Virus record (IMG/VR): IMGVR_UViG_3300013126_000021
Span: 1-64,000 of that record
Direction: 5' to 3' (one strand)
DNA from: a virus
DNA length: 64,000 nt
Position numbers and translations under genes: made by a program
Notes under the pieces: model-generated
Database searches by the model: none
Seen by the model: the letters and a program-made list of their open reading frames with translations, nothing else
What the model was told of the DNA's origin: nothing
In this document: positions 35,391-45,907 of the stretch, one piece after another
Layout: each line of letters begins with the position of its first letter
How positions within the stretch are numbered: the stretch's first letter is position 1

Positions 35391-36479
35391 TTATTTGTTA
35401 ATTCTTAACAGAATTGTATCAGAATTGATCCTGCCTGTCAAATTCTGTTCAACGGAATTGATATCAGGTAAGATTTTTTTCAGTGTAATTTTTCCAGCTT
35501 TTAATAGTGTCGGAAGTATTGCATCAGGTTTCCTAACTTTTTTCTGAATAGAAGTTTGTTCATTGAAATTTAGAATGGTCGTACCTTTTACTGACAATCC
35601 AGAAGAATCAATTGAATTGTATACTCCCAAATTTCTAGTTTTGGTATTAAACACCCATAGTTGCGAACAACCAATTATTTCAGATGGATTTACTGATGCA
35701 ATTTTAAAATCATTATCTTCTTTTTTGTATTGTAGTTTTGCAATTACTTTATCAACAGGTTTTGCTTTTTTCTTACGAGGTGCGCGTGTAAGTTTGGTAA
35801 CTTGTGAAATTTTTTCTGCATCAGAAATGATTTTTCTAATATATTCCAAATATTGCTTTAGTTCTTTTTTGGAGAAATTGGAATACCCCTCTACAAATTG
35901 TGGATCTTTACTTTTAATGACTTCTTCAAATTCTTCTTCACGTTTTTTAAAAAAACTGATAATATGATTTGCATGCACACCCTTTACGGATAATGCTTGC
36001 ATGATATCATAAGGATCAACTGCATCAAAATCCCTTACAAGAAAACAATCATCAATTACACTTTCAATTTCACCAATGATTTCTTTTGATTTTTCTTGTA
36101 TGCGTTCTTGAATTGAAACTGGTTTAGTTTCAACAATTTTAGGTTTTTGATTTTTTTGCGTTTTAGTTTTAATCGTTTGTAGCATTGTATCAATCCATTT
36201 GACATCTTTATCTGTCAATGGACCGCCGCGCTGTTTAATTCTACAAACAAAACCCAAGTTAAGAAAAAGGTTTTCTGATGCTTTTTCCAAAGCATCGATT
36301 GTTTCTTTCTTTTCTTTAATTTCTTTTAGATATTGAATTGTGTATTTTTTGCTATCATTCATATCACAATGATAGTTATACCAATTCAAAGCTTTGACAA
36401 TAGATTGTTCGCCGTTTTTCCAGGTGGGTTCGCCACCTGAAAGAACTTTTTCATAATCTTTAACGGATGTGAGTCTCAT
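35391..36479 (-). CDS. Conserved hypothetical T4-like protein
   Basis: ALNWYNY, LWVFNTKTR.L, VKGTTI, GRIN.DTILL. Confidence 0.7.
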   Translation of the reverse strand: MRLTSVKDYEKVLSGGEPTWKNGEQSIVKALNWYNYHCDMNDSKKYTIQYLKEIKEKKETIDALEKASENLFLNLGFVCRIKQRGGPLTDKDVKWIDTMLQTIKTKTQKNQKPKIVETKPVSIQERIQEKSKEIIGEIESVIDDCFLVRDFDAVDPYDIMQALSVKGVHANHIISFFKKREEEFEEVIKSKDPQFVEGYSNFSKKELKQYLEYIRKIISDAEKISQVTKLTRAPRKKKAKPVDKVIAKLQYKKEDNDFKIASVNPSEIIGCSQLWVFNTKTRNLGVYNSIDSSGLSVKGTTILNFNEQTSIQKKVRKPDAILPTLLKAGKITLKKILPDINSVEQNLTGRINSDTILLRINK

Positions 36480-36738
36480 TTTTGGTTACAGTTTTAATTG
36501 AGTCAATACGGAATGATCGCCAGGCATTATTTTCCAAATCCCATACTGCAATTGTATTAGGATTTTCGGCTTTTGGCAAACTTTCCGTAAGAAGTTGTTG
36601 TTTTTCGGCAACAACTTGTGGAATGTACTCGGGAAGTAAAGTGCAATTCATCACTCTTTCTGTACCATCAACCTTTGTAAATATAACAGTAACCACGGAA
36701 TTCTGTAATACCTCTTTCAATTCATATTTATTCATCAT
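36460..36738 (-). CDS. WYL_2/Sm-like protein
   Basis: V.FTKVDGTERVM.CTL, VWDLE..AWRSFR. Confidence 0.75.
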   Translation of the reverse strand: MMNKYELKEVLQNSVVTVIFTKVDGTERVMNCTLLPEYIPQVVAEKQQLLTESLPKAENPNTIAVWDLENNAWRSFRIDSIKTVTKNETHIR

Positions 36739-37093
36739 TTTTGTTTTCCTCATTATTTTCAATATATTTAACGACAACTTCATTTAATTGCTTATAAACT
36801 TTATCCATATATTTACCACTTTTTTCTGTTGACCTAACTACAACTCCTTGAAAACCATCATCTATCATTCTTTCTACATAGTCAATAGGTGATGTTAAGA
36901 TTGCCTCAAATCTTTCGGGTATAAATTGTTTTTTATGTATATCTGCAAGGATAATAATATCGTACCAATCACCCATAACTGATCCTGGCTTTTTTTCACC
37001 AATATCATCTAAAGTGAAGCCTTCAATTTTAACACTTGTTTCATCAAAGCGAAAAAAATTAATTCCGTCAAATTTACTTTCCGCTACATTCAT
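36728..37093 (-). CDS. Hypothetical protein
   Basis: Packed ORF. Confidence 0.6.
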   Translation of the reverse strand: MNVAESKFDGINFFRFDETSVKIEGFTLDDIGEKKPGSVMGDWYDIIILADIHKKQFIPERFEAILTSPIDYVERMIDDGFQGVVVRSTEKSGKYMDKVYKQLNEVVVKYIENNEENKNDE

Positions 37094-37502
37094 TTAATAT
37101 ACCTTTTATATGTGTTTTTCTGACTCGTACCATTATCCAACTATTGTAGTAGTCATTAGACTCTAATACTTTTTTTGTGAATTGTTCTCTAGCTTCAATA
37201 TAACCACATTCGCCTTTGGACTTACACAAATAAAGTATCTCTCTTTTGAAATTTTCCTTTCCTTGTATTATAACATCATTTTGCAATTCTGTGTTAGATC
37301 CATAGTAAGTTTTCCAATCTGATTGCAATTTTTGTTTTTTTCTTTTTCCTTTAATTACTTTTGTTTTTATTGAATAGAAAAATTTTTTACCAATATATTT
37401 TTTACCAGTTTTTAAATTGGTAATTTCATAAACGAATCCGTAGTTATCACCTATTTCATTTTCGGAAAATTCTTTGTCTCCAAAAATCCATTCTAACGCC
37501 AT
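37074..37502 (-). CDS. GIY-YIG endonuclease
   Basis: GFVYEITN..TGKKYIGKK, SDWKTYYGS, REIL, YYN. Confidence 0.85.
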   Translation of the reverse strand: MALEWIFGDKEFSENEIGDNYGFVYEITNLKTGKKYIGKKFFYSIKTKVIKGKRKKQKLQSDWKTYYGSNTELQNDVIIQGKENFKREILYLCKSKGECGYIEAREQFTKKVLESNDYYNSWIMVRVRKTHIKGILNECSGK

Positions 37503-37692
37503 TCGTCTTGCCAGTCTTTGATTAAATCATCAGAATCATCTTCATCATATTCTTCTTCCATAACCTCTTCTATTTTTTCACCACAAAAGGGGCAAAAGCA
37601 AGGAAGGTCTTCAGAAACCAATTCTTCTTCGTATACTATTTCAAAGGATGATTCACATTCGGAACACTCCGCTAAAATTGTTTTATCATTCA
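37493..37692 (-). CDS. Acidic zinc-ribbon protein (start uncertain)
   Basis: CSEC...CPFCG. Confidence 0.6.
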
Positions 37693-37712
37693 AAATATTT
37701 CTCCGTTTTTTG

Positions 37713-38702
37713 TTATTGTTTCCCCCAAACGCTACTCCAATCACCTGTTAAAGCACCTTTTGCATAATCAGTTGCTCTATTTTCAAAAAAGTTTGTGTGT
37801 GTCGGAGCATTGATCATTTCTTCCACCCAAGGTAAAGGGTTCTTTTTAACTTTCATTATACCTTTGAGGCCCATACTAATAAGGCGCCTATCAGCAATAT
37901 AGCGAATATAGCGTTTAACTTCATCAGAAGATAACCCAGGCATATCACCCATGCTGAATGATAAATCAATAAACTTATCTTCGAGTTCAACCATTTTTGT
38001 TGCAATAGTGTAAATTTCAGATTTGAGAGAATCATTCCAAATTTCTCTATTTTCTTCAACATATGCCCTAAAAAGTTTAATCATTGATTCAGCATGTTGT
38101 GTTTCATCGACAATAGACCATGTAACAATTTGACCCATGCCTTTCATTTTTCCATTTCTAGGAAAATTTAATAACATAATAAAAGATGAAAACAACTGCA
38201 TACCTTCAGTAAATGCAGAAAATGCTGCAATGTGTGTTGCAGTAGACTGCACTGTCCCATTATTTAATGATACCTTCATTATATATTCATGTTTATCTTT
38301 CATTTGTTCATATTCGAGAAACTGATTATAAGTGGTTTCAGGTAGCCCAAGCGTTTCAATTAAATGTGAGTATGCTGCAATATGAAGTGCTTCACGGGCA
38401 GCAAAGCCCAACAACATCATACGTACTTCAGGCTGAGGAAAATGAGGCAAATAATTGTTGACGTAACCACCAGCAACGTCGATATCTCCCTGCGTAAAAA
38501 ATCTAAAAATATGGGTGAGAAATTGTTTTTCTTCATTAGATAACCTATTTTTCCAATCTTTGACATCCTCAAGCATTGGTACTTCAGTATGAAGCCAGTG
38601 CGATTGCTCATGTTTAATCCAAGCGTCATAAGCCCAAGGATAATTGAACGGCTTAAAATGATTTCTTTCGTCCGTCAAAATTGAAGTTTTTTTCTTAATC
38701 AT
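37713..38702 (-). CDS. nrdB: Ribonucleotide reductase class Ia beta subunit
   Basis: FFTQGDIDV, REALHIAAYS, TEGMQLFSSF, DETQH, NFFE. Confidence 0.95.
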   Translation of the reverse strand: MIKKKTSILTDERNHFKPFNYPWAYDAWIKHEQSHWLHTEVPMLEDVKDWKNRLSNEEKQFLTHIFRFFTQGDIDVAGGYVNNYLPHFPQPEVRMMLLGFAAREALHIAAYSHLIETLGLPETTYNQFLEYEQMKDKHEYIMKVSLNNGTVQSTATHIAAFSAFTEGMQLFSSFIMLLNFPRNGKMKGMGQIVTWSIVDETQHAESMIKLFRAYVEENREIWNDSLKSEIYTIATKMVELEDKFIDLSFSMGDMPGLSSDEVKRYIRYIADRRLISMGLKGIMKVKKNPLPWVEEMINAPTHTNFFENRATDYAKGALTGDWSSVWGKQ

Positions 38703-38940
38703 TTGCCCACTCTCTTATTTGTTGTGGTGTGTGTACACCTACTAGTCTCGTTTTTTCTTTTCCGTCATCAAGTAAAAGCAAAGTTGGCACAGAACGAATT
38801 GCATGATCTACTGCAATATTATCAAAAACATCAATGTCAACAATTTCAATAGGAATGTCTAATTTAGCTTCTTCTAGATTTTTTGACAAAGAAATGCATG
38901 GCTTACACCAAGACGCCGTAAATCTTAATATTTTTTTCAT
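38695..38940 (-). CDS. Thioredoxin
   Basis: WCKPC, IRSVPTL. Confidence 0.9.
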   Translation of the reverse strand: MKKILRFTASWCKPCISLSKNLEEAKLDIPIEIVDIDVFDNIAVDHAIRSVPTLLLLDDGKEKTRLVGVHTPQQIREWAND

Positions 38941-39549
38941 TTATACTCCTGAGGACAAAACTATTTTGCATATATGTTCAAGTCTTTCGATATGTTCGAA
39001 TGCTCTCCACGGGCTCGTATCAACAGCGATTGCTCCGTGACGATCCATACCAATAATATTATACTTTAAACTTCCGTCATTTGCAACACCTAAATTTTCA
39101 ATGCATGCATCGGCCAATTCTTGTGTAATTGGCGGAATCATTGGTACAGTTGGTCCAACAGTTGTGTATCGACTCAATTCTGGAAATTCCGCAACTAAAT
39201 TCTGTAAGTTTATTCCTTTATACATTGCAGCAGTAATGTATGTTGGATGCATATGTATAACAACACGAACTTCAGTATTGATTTTTCTCTGAAGCCCCCA
39301 ATGCATAGGAATTTCACCACTCGGCTCTAGCTCAGAACTAATTTTGGTATATGGTAAAATGTTCCAACTATTTTCACCAATTCCAATTTTTTTGAACATA
39401 TCAGGTTGTAAAGTTTGTTTTCTAACACCCTTCGGCGAGATATGAAAATGGTCTACAGCATTATAACGCAAGCTAGCATTACCATCTCTTGTGGTAACCC
39501 AGCCTCGTCGATATCCTTCTTTGAAAATTTCACCAATAGTTTCTAACAT
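38941..39549 (-). CDS. Class II aldolase/adducin-family protein
   Basis: DGNAS.R, PSGE.PMH, VIHMHP, DRHG. Confidence 0.85.
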   Translation of the reverse strand: MLETIGEIFKEGYRRGWVTTRDGNASLRYNAVDHFHISPKGVRKQTLQPDMFKKIGIGENSWNILPYTKISSELEPSGEIPMHWGLQRKINTEVRVVIHMHPTYITAAMYKGINLQNLVAEFPELSRYTTVGPTVPMIPPITQELADACIENLGVANDGSLKYNIIGMDRHGAIAVDTSPWRAFEHIERLEHICKIVLSSGV

Positions 39550-39552
39550 AGG

Positions 39553-41361
39553 TCATCCTTCACATGCCAAACATTCTTCACCCTGTGCAAGTGCCTTTAA
39601 ATCAATTTCTTGAATGACTTGGCGTTCGATCTTCTTGGATACTTTATCTGCCTTTGCAAGTTTTTCGCTTCGGCAATAGTAAAGAGTTTTGAGCCCCTGT
39701 TTCCATGCTTGAAAATGCACAGCATGGAGATACATGACATTTACATCTGGCCTGAAAAAGAGGTTAAGGGATTGTGCTTGGTCAATGAAACTTTGTCGGT
39801 GACTTGCGTGCTCCACAAGCCATCGCTGGTCAATCTCCATAGCCGTTTTGTATACGTCTTTTTCCCAGTCAGACAAAAACTCAAGGTGCTGTACTGATCC
39901 GTCGTTTGCAATAATACTTGACCAGACTTCTTGATAATCCAATCGCTTGTCAGCATCGCATTTCTCCTTGATGAGTTTGTCTAAATGCTTATTCTTATTA
40001 AGATAAGCACCTGAAAGAGTATCTTGACGATAAGCATTAGCACGATAAGGCTCAATGGAAGGGCTTGTGTTGCCCATAATAATACTAGAAGAAGCGTTAG
40101 GAGCGATTGCCATCGTATGACTAAACCTACGTCCGGTTCCTTTGGCATCAGGTGCTTCACCGCGTTCTTTACCCAATTCAAGATTTGCATCGTTAAGTTT
40201 TTCATTAATGTGTTTAAAGATTGTTCTGTTCTTTCCGATTGCAAGAGGTGATTCCCACGGGAGGTTACTTTTTTGTAGATATGCATGAAAACCGAGGGCA
40301 CCAACACCAATAGACCGTTCCATGCTAGCAGAATATCTTGCGCGTGATATGCTGTCAGGAGCATTATCAATGAAATACTGTAGAACGTTATCAAGCATTT
40401 CTGCCACGTCCCGAAGAAAAAGTTTGTTATCTTTCCAATCATCATAATACTCCAAATTCAAAGAGGATAAACAGCACACGGCCGTCCTGTCTTTATCTGT
40501 CGGTAACACAATCTCAGAACAAAGATTCGACTGGCGAATTTTCAAACCAAGTGCTTTTTGAGATTCAGGCATCATTTTATTACTTGTATCAATAAAATGA
40601 ATGTAGGGTTCACCAGTCAACATTCTGGTTTCTAGAATTTTTTGCCATAGTTCTTTTGCAGAAACAGTTTCTTTAATTTCACCGTTGTTTGGATCCTTCA
40701 GATGCCATGAATCGTCAAAATCGGATTCTAGCATGCTTTTTTCAATCAACTCCATGAAATCGTCTGTAATATTAATTCCATGGTGCAGATTTAGGGCTCT
40801 CATGTTAGGATCACCCGTAGCCTTTCTCATCTCAAGAAAAATAAGAATATCAGGATGGGAAATATCAAGATAAGCAGCATAGCTACCACGACGAGTACGC
40901 CCTTGGCGATAAGCCAAAGAGCTAGCATCATAGGTACGAAGATGAGGCATAATACCAGTAGACTTATCATCAGCAGAACGAATTCCAACACCGATACCAA
41001 TTCCACCTCCTAACATTGAGAGCCAATTTACTTCCGCAAGACAATCAACCAAGCCCTCTGCGCTATCGTGCAGATATGGTAGAAAGCATGAAATAGGCAA
41101 GCCCCTAGAACTACGCCCAAAAGAAAGAATGGGAGTAGAATAACTGAGCCAATGACGACTACTGTACTCATATAACCTCTGAGCGTGTTCCGGCGAGGAA
41201 GAGAAAGATTTTGAGACATATGCAAACCTTTGTTGTGGAGAAGTTTCTTCTTCACGCATGTAACTTTCTTTTAATCTTTTAAGACCCAATTCATCAAATA
41301 ATGAATCTCTCGCATAATCTATTGTAATACCTTGATATTCTGTCATTTTAATTTCCGTCAT
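39553..41361 (-). CDS. nrdA: Ribonucleotide reductase class Ia alpha subunit (short, no ATP cone evident)
   Basis: LPISCFL, QSNLCSEI, AVCCLSSLNL, APNASSS, LKTLYYCRS, C-terminal CLACEG. Confidence 0.96.
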   Translation of the reverse strand: MTEIKMTEYQGITIDYARDSLFDELGLKRLKESYMREEETSPQQRFAYVSKSFSSSPEHAQRLYEYSSRHWLSYSTPILSFGRSSRGLPISCFLPYLHDSAEGLVDCLAEVNWLSMLGGGIGIGVGIRSADDKSTGIMPHLRTYDASSLAYRQGRTRRGSYAAYLDISHPDILIFLEMRKATGDPNMRALNLHHGINITDDFMELIEKSMLESDFDDSWHLKDPNNGEIKETVSAKELWQKILETRMLTGEPYIHFIDTSNKMMPESQKALGLKIRQSNLCSEIVLPTDKDRTAVCCLSSLNLEYYDDWKDNKLFLRDVAEMLDNVLQYFIDNAPDSISRARYSASMERSIGVGALGFHAYLQKSNLPWESPLAIGKNRTIFKHINEKLNDANLELGKERGEAPDAKGTGRRFSHTMAIAPNASSSIIMGNTSPSIEPYRANAYRQDTLSGAYLNKNKHLDKLIKEKCDADKRLDYQEVWSSIIANDGSVQHLEFLSDWEKDVYKTAMEIDQRWLVEHASHRQSFIDQAQSLNLFFRPDVNVMYLHAVHFQAWKQGLKTLYYCRSEKLAKADKVSKKIERQVIQEIDLKALAQGEECLACEG

Positions 41362-41722
41362 ATAAAATACTTTTAATATTGGGAGGAGAGTATGTATCCG
41401 GTTTAAGAACTTTTCCGTCCGTTCTTTTTATAAGTTTACCATCTATAGTCTTTGATGCATTTGATCGCGCAACTTCATCCCAAACTTTTTGAAGAGGAAT
41501 ACCAAGAGAATGACAGAGGCCTTCGATTACCCAAATCAAATCTGCACAAGCATCCGCTGTCTCCACCATATCAAAATTTCTTACTGCCTCCGCAAGTTCA
41601 TAAAATTCTTCTTTGACTAGATCCATATACATTGCGGATTGTTGATCAAAATGATGCAACTGTTCATGTACATTTTGATTACCTGCTTTCATAAAATCAG
41701 CCACATCATTTTTTGTGTTCAT
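41348..41722 (-). CDS. MazG/PRA-PH-like NTP pyrophosphatase
   Basis: EEFYEL, ADACADL.WV, V.RSN.SK, DGKVLKP. Confidence 0.85.
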   Translation of the reverse strand: MNTKNDVADFMKAGNQNVHEQLHHFDQQSAMYMDLVKEEFYELAEAVRNFDMVETADACADLIWVIEGLCHSLGIPLQKVWDEVARSNASKTIDGKLIKRTDGKVLKPDTYSPPNIKSILYDGN

Positions 41723-42396
41723 ACACTCTCCTGAATAAATTCTTTAGCCATTGGAAAAATAGTTTCAATTACCTTCGCGCATTCAATTGCAATTTCTCTA
41801 TGTTCTTTTTGTGTTCCATTAGAAGAACGAAGTTGTATATAGTGAATCCACGAACGAAGCGTTCCCGACATATACAATTTTGATAGTGTTATTCCCTCCG
41901 GAAGTACTGCTCTTGCCTGCTCTTTTGCGATACCCTTATCAATTGCCCATTTATATGCATTTTCACATTCAGTTATTACTCTATTTTGCATTGATTGCCA
42001 TTGATATGCTAAGATTCTCTCTTCATCATTAGACAGGTCCAATTCTTTTGAATTTTGTCTATTTTTGTCATCTTGTTTTCTAGCTTCTTTTAGTAAAAAG
42101 CCGTTATCAGCTACTGCATATCTTTGACTGAATTCTTGAAAACTGAAACTGCGATGCCTCAAAATTTGCCTAGCGATATCTCTTGTTGTATTGATTTCTA
42201 GACAAACACTCACCATTTCAAACGGCGACCAATGATTATGTTTAATTAAATACCTGACCAATTTTTCTGCGGTCGAATCATTATTTTGATTTGATGGATT
42301 CGACACTCTTGCCACATAAGCAATTTGTTCCAATAGGTTTTTATTTTCATCATTTCTAGAATAACTAATCAATTTTACATTCATATTTTTTTCCAC
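41719..42396 (-). CDS. thyX: Flavin-dependent thymidylate synthase
   Basis: HWSPFE, RHRSFSFQEFSQRY, EQARAVLP, GTQKEH. Confidence 0.95.
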   Translation of the reverse strand: MEKNMNVKLISYSRNDENKNLLEQIAYVARVSNPSNQNNDSTAEKLVRYLIKHNHWSPFEMVSVCLEINTTRDIARQILRHRSFSFQEFSQRYAVADNGFLLKEARKQDDKNRQNSKELDLSNDEERILAYQWQSMQNRVITECENAYKWAIDKGIAKEQARAVLPEGITLSKLYMSGTLRSWIHYIQLRSSNGTQKEHREIAIECAKVIETIFPMAKEFIQESV

Positions 42397-43400
42397 TGTA
42401 TAAACTCCATTTTTGCTCTCAAATTAACAAACGTATTTTTGTCAATGATATCAACTAATTCATCTTTTGAAAAACCGGCTAGTATCATTTCATTTATATC
42501 TTTCTCACGAATCATTTCAGGCCAAATACAAATGGCAAAATGATTTTCAATTGCTTTGTCCATTAAATCACAAATATTTTTATTTCTAGGTTCATTATCA
42601 AATATTAAAACAATATTTTCCTTTGGAACAAAATTCGTCGCATTTAATAAATTTGCATCTGCTGTTGCAATACAATTCGGTAGAAATAGGGAATCTATCG
42701 GACCTTCAGTAACGTAAACTTTTTTTTCTTTATTTACCTTATCGAGACCAAATACTTTTATTGTTTCTGAATTTAATTTTATTGTGATATATCGCAATTT
42801 TGAATCATTTATTGTTCTACCTTGAACTGCTAAAAGTGAACCATCTTCATCGAAAAAAGGAATAATTAGTCTAGAGTCATTCTCTTTTAAATCTTTATTA
42901 TGATCAGGTTTTATTTCATCAACAAAGTTTTTAAAATCTTCTGCAAAGTATATGTTATCATATGTATCCTCCGGAATCTTTCTAGATAAACAATACTCTC
43001 TTGCCTTATGTGATTTTTCCAAAGTGTTAATCGTCGGTAAATTAATTACCGCCTTCATCTTTGTAAAAACTGGCGTTTCAAACTTTATTTCTGGTTTAGG
43101 ATACTTATATTTACTGTCAGTTTCACCATTCAAATATCTTTCAAGTGAATATTCTTTTGCTAGATTCGCATCCAAAGAATTGATAAAATTATACATATTA
43201 TAACCTATGCTACAATTTTGGCATTTATAGAAATACTCATTCTTTTTTCTATAAATGTACCCTCTTGCTTTTAATACATGTTTTTTTGAATCACCACAAA
43301 ATGGGCAACGAAAGTTAAATAGATCATCTTTTTTTTGTGAAAACCTATTTAATTTTGGAGAAAGGAGTTTTAAGTATTTGCGATCAATGAATATAGACAT
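42381..43400 (-). CDS. 61: T4 gp61-like DNA primase
   Basis: CPFCGDS..C.NC Zn finger, EGPIDSLF, DNEPRN, KDINEM. Confidence 0.95.
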   Translation of the reverse strand: MSIFIDRKYLKLLSPKLNRFSQKKDDLFNFRCPFCGDSKKHVLKARGYIYRKKNEYFYKCQNCSIGYNMYNFINSLDANLAKEYSLERYLNGETDSKYKYPKPEIKFETPVFTKMKAVINLPTINTLEKSHKAREYCLSRKIPEDTYDNIYFAEDFKNFVDEIKPDHNKDLKENDSRLIIPFFDEDGSLLAVQGRTINDSKLRYITIKLNSETIKVFGLDKVNKEKKVYVTEGPIDSLFLPNCIATADANLLNATNFVPKENIVLIFDNEPRNKNICDLMDKAIENHFAICIWPEMIREKDINEMILAGFSKDELVDIIDKNTFVNLRAKMEFIQWKKI

Positions 43401-43418
43401 AATGTAGTGACATGTTAT

Positions 43419-43856
43419 TTAACCAATAAGTTTCATTATTGTATCAAATTTTATCTGAGAAAGCAACCATGCTATTACAATTATTCCACCTGCTGCCATC
43501 CATTTCCATTCTAGTATTTTTTTGATATCATTGTCTTCTTTTTGATTATGTTCTTTGATTTCATTATGTAAATTTTTTATTTCGTCCATTATTCGTCTTT
43601 CGGTAAGTTCAAGTTTATCCGAAAGATTTCTATCAACTGTGGTTATTCTGGAATGTAATTCTTTAATGTCTACATTCGTATCGCTTTTTCTTTTTTCCAT
43701 GTCCATATATATTTGTGTTACCATACGTTCGTGAGTGGACGACAGTTTTTCTATAACTGTGTCCATTTTATTACAAAGTGATGTTAATGTTGAAACTTGT
43801 GTTTTTAAAACTTCTACATCAACTTTCAGTTCTACTGTATCATCCTGGTTTAACAT
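43419..43856 (-). CDS. Coiled-coil protein with C-terminal TM
   Basis: KELHSRITT, LEWKWMAAGG. Confidence 0.65.
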   Translation of the reverse strand: MLNQDDTVELKVDVEVLKTQVSTLTSLCNKMDTVIEKLSSTHERMVTQIYMDMEKRKSDTNVDIKELHSRITTVDRNLSDKLELTERRIMDEIKNLHNEIKEHNQKEDNDIKKILEWKWMAAGGIIVIAWLLSQIKFDTIMKLIG

Positions 43857-44072
43857 TTATTTTTTTGGCACTTGTGTGCCTTCTAATTTTTTATGTACTT
43901 TGATTTCTTTACAATCTTGTACAGGTTTGCCATCTTTGCCCATAACTTTCTTGCCATCATTCGTGATTTTGTCAACGCAAACCTTTTTTACTTCAGCAGC
44001 AAAAGATATATTATGATAGCTTAGAAGTGGAATAGAACCAACTACGAGAGCAATGAATAGAATTTTTTTCAT
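43857..44072 (-). CDS. Small secreted protein with two Cys
   Basis: Signal peptide; KKVC...QDCKEIKVHKKLEG. Confidence 0.65.
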   Translation of the reverse strand: MKKILFIALVVGSIPLLSYHNISFAAEVKKVCVDKITNDGKKVMGKDGKPVQDCKEIKVHKKLEGTQVPKK

Positions 44073-44326
44073 TTTAACAGCCCTTTATATTTAGGATTAG
44101 GTTGTTCTTCTTTTTTTGCAAACTTTTCTGCTACAGTCACTCCTAGCCCCATGATTGCGATATACATCATGCCATCGTAAAGATGTGGATCTACTTGATA
44201 CCCGAAAAATATATTAGCAAAGAAAGCTATTGAACAAAAAATAAATGCAAGAAAAGTTACAACACGTTTACTGCTAATACCATCATCATTTATATTCGAT
44301 TGGAAGATAGACAGTAAACTTGGCAT
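44069..44326 (-). CDS. Holin-like 2-TM protein
   Basis: SSKRVV then two TMs, EKF; lysis context. Confidence 0.6.
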   Translation of the reverse strand: MPSLLSIFQSNINDDGISSKRVVTFLAFIFCSIAFFANIFFGYQVDPHLYDGMMYIAIMGLGVTVAEKFAKKEEQPNPKYKGLLK

Positions 44327-44766
44327 TATAGTTCTGGGTGTTGTGTGGGAGGAGGTGCTAGCTTTCCATTGTATCCTACAACAACCGGACCGGTATAATG
44401 CATTGTCGGAAGGGAAGGTTCTATCTTAGCAGGTTTTGCCGGCTTCTTAACTTCTTCCATAGTTGTTTTGAATGAATCTGTCGCTTGTTTTTGTGCAGCA
44501 AGCATTGCTTCTTTATCTTCTTTACTAGTGCCCGCAAGCATAATGCCAGACAATGTTCCCGTTAAGAATGTTGCAATCGGCACAATCAACTCAAAGAATT
44601 TTTGATCGATGGGTGACATTGCATCAAGAGGTTGTGTTACAAAAATAATTGAATAGAGAACAACAAACACGATTCCCGTGAGTGTCATTGCAAGACAAAT
44701 TCCTACAAAGAATTTAAGTCTCGCCATCAATTGTTCTTCAGTGTAAATCATTGGCTTATTTTCCAT
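44326..44766 (-). CDS. 2-TM membrane protein (holin-like)
   Basis: Two TMs with Pro-rich tail. Confidence 0.6.
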   Translation of the reverse strand: MENKPMIYTEEQLMARLKFFVGICLAMTLTGIVFVVLYSIIFVTQPLDAMSPIDQKFFELIVPIATFLTGTLSGIMLAGTSKEDKEAMLAAQKQATDSFKTTMEEVKKPAKPAKIEPSLPTMHYTGPVVVGYNGKLAPPPTQHPEL

Positions 44767-45019
44767 TTTTCACTCCTGCTTGCTGTTGACATGTTGTGCA
44801 TTGTGCTGGGGCAACATTTTCAATAGCTTTTTTATTTTTGAATATGTGCTCTGGGCAAGTTCTGGTAACTTCGCATTGAGGTTTTTTGCACATTTCACTT
44901 TCCCAATTTTTGGGGTCTTGGCAAGGATAACGAAATCTATCCGCAGCAAATAGTGCAAGAGTAAGGGGAATGAATAAGATTACAGCAAATGATAGTAGTA
45001 GTTTTTTATCACTCACCAT
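44756..45019 (-). CDS. Membrane-anchored Cys-rich periplasmic protein
   Basis: N-terminal TM; DRFRYPCQDP.NW...C..P.C....CP. Confidence 0.65.
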   Translation of the reverse strand: MVSDKKLLLSFAVILFIPLTLALFAADRFRYPCQDPKNWESEMCKKPQCEVTRTCPEHIFKNKKAIENVAPAQCTTCQQQAGVKNGK

Positions 45020-45020
45020 A

Positions 45021-45641
45021 TCAAACTCCTAGGGCATGTAACGCATGCTCATAATGCTTGATTCTATCATCTAGCCCTATTGTACCACCATTGATTCGCT
45101 TAGTCAATGTCAGAATGTCACCTTTGTCTGCCCATTGATTCAGTTTATTTGTTTCCCAAAACCAACATGCGGATTGTGCAGCACCTTCAAATGTTATTAA
45201 ATACTCAGATGCTTCTTCTGGGCTAATTTCAAGTGATGCAGCAAACCATGTATAGTTGTGTCGCCCTGTAAGTTGTATTAACCCTCGCCCACGAAATCTG
45301 AATCCGTCTCCGCTTTCTTCATCGCCATTACCCATACGACTTGCATAAATTCGATTCGCAATTGCTTCTTGCTTGTTAGGTCTTGACGCATAGTCCTGAG
45401 CAATTGCATCGTTCGGAAAATACTTAGGAAATACTTTACGAAGTGACTGCCAACGATAATTAAGATTTTCTACTAGTGCAGTAAATCCTGCCGATTCATG
45501 CGAGCATTGTGCAATGAAAGCGGCAACACGTTGAGGAGTATTGATTTCATATTCAGGCAATAGTTGTTCAAGAGCGGTATGCCAATGCTCAACATAAGGA
45601 TTTTTTGGTAGTAATTGTTTTAATTGTTCTTGTGTAATCAT
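45021..45641 (-). CDS. Endolysin, glycoside hydrolase family 19
   Basis: FIAQC.HES, ENLNY, RGRGLIQLTGR.NY, TKRINGG. Confidence 0.93.
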   Translation of the reverse strand: MITQEQLKQLLPKNPYVEHWHTALEQLLPEYEINTPQRVAAFIAQCSHESAGFTALVENLNYRWQSLRKVFPKYFPNDAIAQDYASRPNKQEAIANRIYASRMGNGDEESGDGFRFRGRGLIQLTGRHNYTWFAASLEISPEEASEYLITFEGAAQSACWFWETNKLNQWADKGDILTLTKRINGGTIGLDDRIKHYEHALHALGV

Positions 45642-45907
45642 TTTACTTCCTCAAAAATTTTTTTATGCGCTTTGTACCATCCTATCCATGCTTGACTTTT
45701 AATTGAACATTCGTGGTAAAGTGTATAGTTATCTGTTACAGTTTTTGCCACATCACTTAGTTTTGCATCTTTTTCTAATTTTTTTAAATCAGTACAAGGG
45801 GTTAAAAGTGTTTCTGGTGCAAGAGGAAAATTTTGTTTTACTGGTACTGGTGTTGAAAAACACCCAGTCAATAAAAAACAAAACGATATTATGACAGCAA
45901 CTTTCAT
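45638..45907 (-). CDS. o-spanin (Rz1-like lipoprotein)
   Basis: Lipobox LTGC; Pro-rich; NY..YHEC. Confidence 0.8.
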   Translation of the reverse strand: MKVAVIISFCFLLTGCFSTPVPVKQNFPLAPETLLTPCTDLKKLEKDAKLSDVAKTVTDNYTLYHECSIKSQAWIGWYKAHKKIFEEVK

